NCBI GenBank assembly: GCA_051004915.1
Contig: JBPCJW010000142.1
Span: 915-64,914 of the forward strand
Length of the DNA stretch: 64,000 nt
Reading direction: 5' to 3'
Source: Ilumatobacteraceae bacterium
Lineage (GTDB): Bacteria; Actinomycetota; Acidimicrobiia; Acidimicrobiales; Ilumatobacteraceae
Below are positions 1 through 7,032 of the stretch, in pieces. The translations under genes and the position numbers were made by a program. The first letter of the stretch is position 1; each line of letters begins with the position of its first letter. Below the pieces are notes generated by a model that worked only from the letters and a program-made list of their open reading frames with translations, was not told where the DNA came from and ran no database searches.

Positions 1-369
1 GTCCAGGTCGGCCCACCCGACGATGGCGATGCCGGCCTCGGCCAGCGCCGGCACGAGCTCGTCGAGGTAGACGTCCTCCTGCCGGGCGACCAGCAGACCG
101 GCCTGCTCGGCGATGTCGACCAACTGCTGCGTCGCGCTGCGGCCGTCGGCAGCCACCTCCTCGATGCCGGCCGCGACCTGGTCCTTCAGCGCGGCGACCC
201 GGACCTGGAAGAACTCGTCGAGGTTGGACGACGTGATGGCGCAGAACTTGGCCCGCTCGAGGACGGGGATGCCGGCCTCGCTGGCCAGCTGCAAGACCCG
301 ATCGTCGAAGGCCAACCAACTCAGCTCACGGTTGATGAACCGATGTCCTTCCAACGCCACGCTGCACAT
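1..369 (-). CDS. ppk: polyphosphate kinase 1, N-terminal fragment (continues beyond window start)
   Basis: Reverse-strand translation from ATG 369-367 gives MCSVALEGHRFINRELSWLAFDDRVLQLASEAGIPVLERAKFCAITSSNLDEFFQVRVAALKDQ... This is the canonical PPK1 N-terminal signature (RFINRELSWL, SSNLDEFF.VRV). It is absent from the ORF track because there is no stop inside the window. Exact start is uncertain. Confidence 0.85.
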   Translation of the reverse strand, partial: MCSVALEGHRFINRELSWLAFDDRVLQLASEAGIPVLERAKFCAITSSNLDEFFQVRVAALKDQVAAGIEEVAADGRSATQQLVDIAEQAGLLVARQEDVYLDELVPALAEAGIAIVGWADLD

Positions 370-517
370 TCTCGCCCATCGCCGGCCCGGACGCACCACG
401 TCGACGAACGGTTGGGCGTGTCGCCCGCCGCGCTCGCAGCGAGTTCGTCCTGCCGACGCCCCCCGTTCACGTCCCGGCCACGACGACGTGGTACCCGCCT
501 GGCACCCTCGACACGTC

Positions 518-1021
518 ATGCCAGCGGCCACGGTCCGGCTCGTCCTCGTCCGGCATGCCCGAGCGGGACACAAGCGCGCCTGGACCGGGCCGGACGACGT
601 GCGCCCTCTGGACAGGGTCGGCGAGCGCCACGCCATGGCCCTGGCCGGCTTGCTCCAGGACGTGCCGGTGACGACTCTCTTGAGCAGCCCGACTCGCCGT
701 TGTCTGCAGACGCTGGCGCCGCTCGCCTCCACCCTTGACGGGACGATCGAGACGACCGATGTCCTTGGTCCGCTGGCTACGCCTGACGGGGTGGTGGCGA
801 TGCTCGACGACCCCGCCTACGACGGGGCGATCGTCTGCACCCACGGCGAGGTGATGCGCCCCGTGCTCGACGTGCTGTCGACTCGTGGGTTGGGCGACCT
901 CGGTGATCTCGGCACCGGGCTCGACCGCCGGCGACTGCTGACCAAGGGGTCGGCGTGGGACATCACGACGGCCGAGGGCGGGCGCATCATCAGCTTCCGC
1001 CACCTCGATCCGACCCGTTGA
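518..1021 (+). CDS. histidine phosphatase family protein (SixA/PGAM-like)
   Basis: ATG at 518. MPAATVRLVLVRHARAGHK carries the RH(A/G) phosphohistidine motif, with a later CTHGEVM His motif. The upstream 135 codons of track ORF 113..1021 are antisense to ppk and were discarded. Confidence 0.7.
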   Translation: MPAATVRLVLVRHARAGHKRAWTGPDDVRPLDRVGERHAMALAGLLQDVPVTTLLSSPTRRCLQTLAPLASTLDGTIETTDVLGPLATPDGVVAMLDDPAYDGAIVCTHGEVMRPVLDVLSTRGLGDLGDLGTGLDRRRLLTKGSAWDITTAEGGRIISFRHLDPTR

Positions 1022-1037
1022 GCGACTGCTTCGTCGG

Positions 1038-1301
1038 TCAGTCCATGTCGGGACGAACGAGGTACCACTCGAGCGAGATCAGCTCGCGCTCGGCGTCGCG
1101 GACGACGCGCTCGCGGTTGCGGCGGAACTGCGGATCGTCACGCGGGATCAGCACCAGTCGAGCAAGGACGCGGGCGCGAAACTCCTCCAGCAGCGTGCGC
1201 TCCCCCCAGTCGGCGTAGACCTCCCAGTGCGGCGAGACCGGACCGAGGTAGGCGATCCGGGCGTGCGCCCGCGGCGGCTGATCCAAGACGACATCACTCA
1301 T
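1038..1301 (-). CDS. hypothetical protein (87 aa)
   Basis: Track ORF with balanced, non-low-complexity composition (MSDVVLDQPPRAHARIAYLGPVSPHWEVYADWGERTLLEEF...). No family recognised. Confidence 0.5.
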   Translation of the reverse strand: MSDVVLDQPPRAHARIAYLGPVSPHWEVYADWGERTLLEEFRARVLARLVLIPRDDPQFRRNRERVVRDAERELISLEWYLVRPDMD

Positions 1302-1480
1302 GGGCCGGCGAGCCTACCGGCACCCGGTCCGGCGGCCGGGTGAGATGTTACAGTTGTGTGAAGCATGACGGTCACGGCGCGGGATCTTGCCGATCTCTTA
1401 CCCGCGATCGGGAACCTCAGGCGTGGCGGAGGTCGTCGGACGTGAACCCGATGACCGATCTCAGAACAAGGGGAGCAGCG

Positions 1481-1759
1481 ATGGACTACGACTCGACGGC
1501 GTCAGCGGACGACACCGCGACCGCCTGGATGGCCGCCGGCAACTGCCGGCTGTACTCGCCCGCGACGTTCTTTCCAAGCGACGGCGTGGGCGTCGACCGA
1601 GCACGCAAGATCTGCGCCGACTGCCCGGTGACCGCGCCGTGCCTGGAGTACGCGCTCGAGAACCGCATCGACCACGGTGTGTGGGGCGGGTGCAGCGAGC
1701 GCGAGCGGCGCCGGATCCTCAAACGCCGCCGGTTGGACGTCGTCCCGACCAGCGCCTGA
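1481..1759 (+). CDS. WhiB family transcriptional regulator
   Basis: ATG 1481 is preceded by AAGGGGAG. It has four Cys (C..C..C..C: NCRLY...ICADCPVTAPC) and the C-terminal GVWGGCSERERRRILKRRR motif typical of Wbl proteins. Confidence 0.9.
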   Translation: MDYDSTASADDTATAWMAAGNCRLYSPATFFPSDGVGVDRARKICADCPVTAPCLEYALENRIDHGVWGGCSERERRRILKRRRLDVVPTSA

Positions 1760-1870
1760 CGATCGGCGCTCGACCTGGCGCCCGCCGGCGTCTAGGCGCC
1801 GTCCCCGCCATCCACCGACGTGGGCGCCGGTTGCGCCTTCTGTCGTCGGAGATGGCGACCACCTTCGACC

Positions 1871-1898
1871 GGTCAGGTCAGGTCAGGCCAGGTCAGGT
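1871..1898. repeat. pentanucleotide microsatellite (GGTCA)3-GGCCA-GGTCA-GGTG
   Basis: Read directly: ggtcaggtcaggtcaggccaggtcaggtg. The tatA stop codon (1893-1895) lies inside it. On the minus strand the unit reads TGACC. Confidence 0.9.
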
Positions 1899-2153
1899 GT
1901 CGGTGCGGGCATCCGGGCGGACGTCGGTGCGCTCGACAGCAGCGTCGATCTGCGCCGCCTTCTGCTGCGCCTCAGCCTTCTGCTGCGCCTCCAGCTTCAG
2001 CTGCGCCTCACGCTCGCCTTCCGACAGCCCGTCCTTGAACTCCTTTTGCGCCTTGCCGAGGTTGCGGGCCAGCTTCGGCAGCTGCGAGCCACCGAAGATC
2101 ACCAGCACCACGACGAGGACGATGATCCACTCTGGGCCACTTGGCATGGACAC
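1893..2153 (-). CDS. tatA: twin-arginine translocase subunit TatA/E
   Basis: MSMPSGPEWIIVLVVVLVIFGGSQLPKLARNLGKAQKEFKDG is the canonical TatA TM helix plus amphipathic helix (FG..KLP..ar.lGka..eFK). Confidence 0.93.
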   Translation of the reverse strand: MSMPSGPEWIIVLVVVLVIFGGSQLPKLARNLGKAQKEFKDGLSEGEREAQLKLEAQQKAEAQQKAAQIDAAVERTDVRPDARTDT

Positions 2154-2230
2154 AGCCTAACGAGTCGTCGCGCCGGGCGGTGAGCGCGTCGACAACTTCA
2201 CCGCCACCTCCCATCGCGCGTTCTCAGCTG

Positions 2231-2336
2231 CGCGATGAGCGATGAGTGGTCAGACGACGCACATCGCTCATCGCATCACGACCGGCTCACGCGCGATGAG
2301 CGTTCTGCGTCACGACGCCACTCATCGCTCATCGCG
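2231..2336. repeat. structured palindromic repeat, family 1 (GCGATGAG-type), copy 1
   Basis: The outer 19-bp arms cgcgatgagcgatgagtgg (2231-2249) and ccactcatcgctcatcgcg (2318-2336) are perfect reverse complements. An inner 10-bp stem, cgctcatcgc (2265-2274) with gcgatgagcg (2293-2302), encloses an 18-nt loop. A second copy lies at 45971..46077. Confidence 0.9.
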
Positions 2337-2376
2337 CCGGTCCGCCGGGAGGCGCGGTCCGACGCGACGGCGGTGA

Positions 2377-2658
2377 CTACATGCCGACGACGCTGCGGGC
2401 GGCTTGCGCCCGCTGGCGGCGGATGCGGCGGCGCTCGCGCTCGGAGAGTCCCCCCCAGATGCCGAACTTCTCGCCGTTCTGCAGAGCGAACTCGAGGCAC
2501 TCCTCGCGCACGACACACCCGCGGCAGACCTCTTTGGCCTCCCGCGTCGACGCGCCGCGTTCCGGGAAGAACAGGTCGGGGTCGACCCCGAGGCAGTTGG
2601 CGCGGTCTTGCCAACCGTGATCACCCGGATCGGGCACTGCTTCGAACGAGTCATACAT
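2377..2658 (-). CDS. whiB: WhiB family transcriptional regulator (WhiB2/WhmD-like)
   Basis: ANCLGVDPDLFFPERGASTREAKEVCRGCVVREECLEFALQNGEKFGIWGGLSERERRRIRRQ closely follows the WhiB2/WhmD pattern. Confidence 0.9.
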   Translation of the reverse strand: MYDSFEAVPDPGDHGWQDRANCLGVDPDLFFPERGASTREAKEVCRGCVVREECLEFALQNGEKFGIWGGLSERERRRIRRQRAQAARSVVGM

Positions 2659-2853
2659 TTGGGCGGACCCCCTGCCGTGTGGTCCCGTACCGGCGAGCCG
2701 GAGTGGTCGAGGTGTGTGGTGCGGCGCACACCGCCGTAATTACATCGATGTGATCATCGCATACCACATCACGTACGCGCAAGGGCGGATGACAAACGAG
2801 CAGGAACGACGCGTTGACTTCGCGCAACCTGCGGCGCTCGTCGCGAGGGCGCG

Positions 2854-4884
2854 CTATGCCGTGCGGCGAGACCGGCCCTGCTGGCGCTTGTGCTCGATGA
2901 AGTCGACGAGCACGTAGTCCCCAAGATCTTCAGGTGTGGTGAAGAACGCCCGTCCCCGGTTGATCTCGGTCAGCCGCTCGACGAAGGCCGTCAGGTAGCT
3001 CGTGGCGTCGAGCATGAACGTGTTGATGCGGATCCCGTCGCGCGTGCACCGCAGCACCTCGCGCAGCGTGGCCTCGACCGTCTCGGTCACCGGCGGGTAG
3101 TTGAAGAACACGTCGCCACTGGCCGTCACGTGGGCTGTCGGCTCACCGTCGGTGATCATGATGATCTGCTTCGTCCCCGACTGCCGGGCGAGCAGTTGGC
3201 GGGCGAGCGTGAAGCCGTGCTGCATGTTCGTGCCGTACACGAAGTCCCAGCTGACCTCGGGGAGCTGAGCGGGTTGGAGGATGCGCGCCGTCTCGCTGAA
3301 CCCGACCAGCCCGAGGTAGTCGCGCGGGAACTGCGTCGAGATCAACGAGTGCAGCGCCATGGCGACCTTCTTGGCCGGCAGGAAGTTGTCACGCATCGGC
3401 ATGGACAGCGAGAGGTCGAGCATCAGCACGGTGCTCGACCGCGTCAGGTGTTCCGTCCGCTCCACCTCGAAGTCGTCGGGCACCAGCCCGACGGGTGTGC
3501 CGCGCACGCCTCGACCGCGCCTGCCGAGGGCGTTGCGGATCGTGCGCTGCAGGTCGAGCTGGAACGGATCACCGAACTCGTAGGGCTTCGTGTCGTAGGT
3601 CCGCTCGTGCCCGTGTCCCTCACGATGCACCTGGTGCTGGCCGACCTGGTCCCTCGTCAACTTCGAGAACAGGTCGCGCAGGGCGTTCGACCCGATCGCC
3701 CGCAACCCGCGCGGCGTCAGCTCCAGTCGGCCCTCGCGTTGCTCGATCAACCCGGCTTCGGTCAACATCCGGGTCAGCTCGGCCAGCCGATCGAGCGACC
3801 GGGCGGCATCGTCGCCGAGCAGGTCGCGCACCCGGTCGAGATCGGCCTCGGCCAGCGCGCCCGGGTTCGACGCGTTGCGCAGCAGGTGCTCGAGTTGGTC
3901 GAGGTCGCCGAGGTCCTGCATCGTCTGCATCGCCTGGCCGAAGCCCAGCGGGTCCTGCCCGGAGAAGTCGTACGACTGCTGCCAGCCCATCTGCGGGAAC
4001 AGCGAGCGCAGATGGCCGCCGAGCAGGTCCATCTGCCAGCGCAGATCCATGTCGCCGAGCAGCTGGTCGGACAGGTCCTGCAGCTGTTGGCGCTGCTCGG
4101 GCGTCATCGAGTTGAGCATCGCTTGCATGGCGGCCATCCGTTGGGCCAACTGCTCGAGCAGCTCGTCGAGCGTCTGGGGGTGCTCCGGGAAGAAGTCCCC
4201 GTACTGCTCCATCAACTCCTCGAAGCGCGGATCCTCCCCCCGCTCGCGACGCTCGAGCATCTCGTTGAGCGCCGCCATCATGTCCTTCATCCGAGCGAGG
4301 TCCTGCGGCGTCATCTGCTGCATCGCGCCGCTCATCTGCTCGAACAACTGGTTGGCCAGCTGCTCTCGCAGCCGCTCCATCAGCGCCTCGAACCGCCGCT
4401 GCGCCTCGCTCGATTCAAAGTCGTACTGCTCCAGCTCGCGCACCTTGCCGGCGAGGTCCGACGGCAGGAGGTCAAGGCGCAGGTTGCGCTCGCTCGCCGC
4501 ATCGCGGGCGGTCTCGGCCCGGCGCTCGTCGCCGGTCCGCTCGGCCAACCGCTCGGCGTCACGCCGGGAGTTGTCGATGGCATGACGCTCCTCGTCGACG
4601 ATGTCGTCGAGCTCGCGGGCGATCTCGTCGTAGACGCCGCCGAGGTCGAACCGGTCGAGCCGCTCCTGACGCTCCTGGCGCAGCCGTTCGAGCAGCTCGC
4701 GCACGCCCTGCAGGCGTTCGCCGTTGCGGTCCCGGAGGCCCTGGTGCATCATCCGCCGCAGGGCGGCGTTGACATCGCCGTGGTACAGCAGCTCGTCGGT
4801 CAGCTCCTCGAACAAGGAATCTCCGTCGAGCTCGAAGCCCTGCTGCGTGCCATCCCACCGGGAGTACGTGAACCGGGCCGGCAT
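2854..4884 (-). CDS. vWA domain-containing protein (BchD-like partner of the AAA ATPase at 5578..6984)
   Basis: 676-aa ORF. The C-terminal vWA/MIDAS region reads TVLMLDLSLSMPMRDNFL...LVGFSE...IIMITDGEPTAH. A long acidic coiled-coil middle region is present. Confidence 0.85.
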   Translation of the reverse strand: MPARFTYSRWDGTQQGFELDGDSLFEELTDELLYHGDVNAALRRMMHQGLRDRNGERLQGVRELLERLRQERQERLDRFDLGGVYDEIARELDDIVDEERHAIDNSRRDAERLAERTGDERRAETARDAASERNLRLDLLPSDLAGKVRELEQYDFESSEAQRRFEALMERLREQLANQLFEQMSGAMQQMTPQDLARMKDMMAALNEMLERRERGEDPRFEELMEQYGDFFPEHPQTLDELLEQLAQRMAAMQAMLNSMTPEQRQQLQDLSDQLLGDMDLRWQMDLLGGHLRSLFPQMGWQQSYDFSGQDPLGFGQAMQTMQDLGDLDQLEHLLRNASNPGALAEADLDRVRDLLGDDAARSLDRLAELTRMLTEAGLIEQREGRLELTPRGLRAIGSNALRDLFSKLTRDQVGQHQVHREGHGHERTYDTKPYEFGDPFQLDLQRTIRNALGRRGRGVRGTPVGLVPDDFEVERTEHLTRSSTVLMLDLSLSMPMRDNFLPAKKVAMALHSLISTQFPRDYLGLVGFSETARILQPAQLPEVSWDFVYGTNMQHGFTLARQLLARQSGTKQIIMITDGEPTAHVTASGDVFFNYPPVTETVEATLREVLRCTRDGIRINTFMLDATSYLTAFVERLTEINRGRAFFTTPEDLGDYVLVDFIEHKRQQGRSRRTA

Positions 4885-4999
4885 GGGCCGAGGTTACCCA
4901 ACGAGGCCAGACGGCCGCCGGGCCAGACGGTCACCGGGCCAGGCCGACTGGTGCTTGCAATCGCGAGCGCTTCGGTCGCGGCCGTAGTAGCATGGTGAT

Positions 5000-5548
5000 A
5001 TGCGAGTACCTCGCACCTTTGCTTTTCTCGACCTCTCGGGGTTCACGAACTACACGGCCGCGTTCGGCGACGACGCCGCCGGTCGCCTGCTCAGCGCGTT
5101 CCGCACCATCGTCCGCGAGGTCGCCTCGGATCGAGGTGTGCGCATCGCCAAGTGGTTGGGCGACGGCTGCATGGTCGTCGCCGTCGAGCAGGCGGACGCC
5201 ATCGCCTTCGTGCTGGACCTGGAGAACCGGGCCACCGAGGTGTGCTCCCCGCTGACCCTGCGGGCCGGAGTGGCCAGCGGGTATGCCCTGCTGTTCGAGG
5301 GCGACGACTACATCGGGTCGGCCGTCAACCTGGCCGCCCGGCTGTGCGACATCGCCGCCGGGTACGAGGTTCTGATCCCGACGATGGGCCTCGAGCGGCT
5401 GCCGGAGGGCGTGGTCGCCACCCCCCATGGCGCCGTCGAGCTGGCCGGGTTCCCTGGCGCGATCGAGGTGTACGAGCTGAGTGGCGTCCCCGCCGCCCCC
5501 GACCGCAACGACACCGGAGAGCTCTGGACCCGCGCCCCGTTCATGTGA
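5000..5548 (+). CDS. class III adenylate/guanylate cyclase catalytic-domain protein
   Basis: FAFLDLSGFTNYT (metal Asp), KWLGDGCMVV (second metal Asp) and GSAVNLAARLCD (transition-state Asn/Arg region). A stand-alone 182-aa cyclase domain. Confidence 0.85.
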   Translation: MRVPRTFAFLDLSGFTNYTAAFGDDAAGRLLSAFRTIVREVASDRGVRIAKWLGDGCMVVAVEQADAIAFVLDLENRATEVCSPLTLRAGVASGYALLFEGDDYIGSAVNLAARLCDIAAGYEVLIPTMGLERLPEGVVATPHGAVELAGFPGAIEVYELSGVPAAPDRNDTGELWTRAPFM

Positions 5549-5577
5549 CGTGCGACGGATTCGCCTCGATCGGCGAG

Positions 5578-6984
5578 TCAGCTTCGGCCGCGGTACGTCG
5601 CTCGGCCGCCGCTGGTGTCCTTGTTGAGGCGTTTGGAGAGGTGCAGGCCTTCGAGCACGAAGGCGACGGCGGCGGCGACCGCGGCCGGCGACTCGTCGCC
5701 TCCTGTCAACGACCGCACCGGTGCCCGCAATGCCGGCACCTGCTCGACGAGCGCGGCGAGGTCGATGGACGCCACGTCCTCGCCGGTGTGCGCGATCGCC
5801 CCTTCCTCGAAGGCGGTGACGATCTCGCGCGTCTGATCCGGCGCGACACGCTCCTTGAACACCGTCAGCACCGCGCCGCACACGAGGTTCTCGAAGATCG
5901 CGCCCTCGCGACCCTCGTCGAGCGACTCGATCTCGATCTTGCCGGCTGCGCTGGCCGCCAGCGCGTCGAGATCGTCGACGCGAGGGACGACGACCCGCTC
6001 GCCAGATCGCAGCCCGCGCCGCAGCGCGTTGGCCGCGGCCACCTCCTGGTTGGTCACCGACAACCGCACGCTGACCCCGCTGCGCTGGTTGACGTGGGTG
6101 CTCGCCCGCGCCAGTTGGCTGATGGTGGCGATGACCTCGGCCAGGTACGCCGGCACGTGCACGTCGATGCCGGCGACCGAGGTCGGCCGCGCCTCCTGCG
6201 CGACGATCGCCATCTCCGTCTTGACGTCGAGCGGGTAGTGCGTGCGGATCTGGCTGCCGAACCGGTCTTTCAGCGGGGTGATGATGCGACCCCGGTTGGT
6301 GTAGTCCTCCGGGTTGGCCGAGGCGACCATGACGACATCGAGCGGCAGGCGGATCTTGTACCCGCGCACCTGCACGTCGCGCTCCTCGAGCACGTTGAGC
6401 AGGCCGACCTGGATGCGCTCGGCGAGGTCCGGCAGCTCGTTGATGGCGAAGATCCCACGGTTTGTTCGCGGCACGAGGCCGTAGTGCAACGTGAGCTCGT
6501 CGGAGAGGTAGCGGCCCTCGGCCACCTTGATCGGGTCGACCTCGCCGATGAGATCGGCGATCGACGTGTCCGGCGTGGCCAACTTCTCGCCGAAGCGATC
6601 AGCCGAACGAACCCACGTGATGGGCGTCTCGTCGCCATGCTCAGCCACGAGGTCGCGGGCGTGGCGTGACACCGGCGCGTACGGATCGTCGTTGATCTCG
6701 CTGCCGGCGATGATCGGCATCCACTCGTCCAGCAGACCGGTGAGCGACCGGATGATGCGCGTCTTCGCCTGCCCGCGCTCGCCCAGGAAGATCACGTCGT
6801 GACCGGCGAGGAGGGCGTTCTCCAGTTGCGGGAGGACGGTCTGCTCGTAGCCGAGGACGCCGTGGAACAGCGGCTCGCCGGCCGCGATCCGTTCCACGGC
6901 GTTGGCGCGAATTTCCTCTTTCACCGGGCGAGACACCCACCCGGCGTCGCGGAGCTGGCCGATGGTTGCGGGTCGGGGTCCCAT
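5578..6984 (-). CDS. AAA+ ATPase, Mg-chelatase ChlI/BchI-like
   Basis: GHDVIFLGERGQAKTR (Walker A-like), GIFAINELPDL (Walker B) and VVMVASANPEDYTNRGRIITPLKDRF are typical of BchI-like ATPases that pair with vWA proteins. Confidence 0.85.
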   Translation of the reverse strand: MGPRPATIGQLRDAGWVSRPVKEEIRANAVERIAAGEPLFHGVLGYEQTVLPQLENALLAGHDVIFLGERGQAKTRIIRSLTGLLDEWMPIIAGSEINDDPYAPVSRHARDLVAEHGDETPITWVRSADRFGEKLATPDTSIADLIGEVDPIKVAEGRYLSDELTLHYGLVPRTNRGIFAINELPDLAERIQVGLLNVLEERDVQVRGYKIRLPLDVVMVASANPEDYTNRGRIITPLKDRFGSQIRTHYPLDVKTEMAIVAQEARPTSVAGIDVHVPAYLAEVIATISQLARASTHVNQRSGVSVRLSVTNQEVAAANALRRGLRSGERVVVPRVDDLDALAASAAGKIEIESLDEGREGAIFENLVCGAVLTVFKERVAPDQTREIVTAFEEGAIAHTGEDVASIDLAALVEQVPALRAPVRSLTGGDESPAAVAAAVAFVLEGLHLSKRLNKDTSGGRATYRGRS

Positions 6985-7032
6985 GAAGCGAACCTACTCG
7001 CCGAACCTCAGCACGGGGCGGGCGGCACCGGC

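Noticed and set aside
113-517. N-terminal 135 codons of track ORF 113..1021
   Set aside because: This part overlaps the ppk N-terminus on the opposite strand and is Ser/Arg/Pro-rich. The histidine-phosphatase homology begins only at ATG 518.
1357-1375. CRP-like half sites TGTGA...TCAC in the AT-richer patch upstream of the first WhiB-family gene
   Set aside because: The spacing is 10 nt rather than the canonical 6 nt of TGTGA-N6-TCACA, and the right half site is incomplete.
2890-4998. 702-aa plus-strand ORF, and similar very long ORFs opposite well-supported genes (e.g. 10226..11398, 12460..14295, 14561..15964, 20532..22775, 23502..25316, 26155..27906, 29838..31871, 43651..45783, 48142..50121, 50177..52345, 56321..57970)
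   Set aside because: They are antisense shadow ORFs typical of high-GC DNA. Their translations are Arg/Ala/Gly/Pro/Val-rich with no recognisable motifs, and each fully overlaps a gene with strong family signatures on the other strand.
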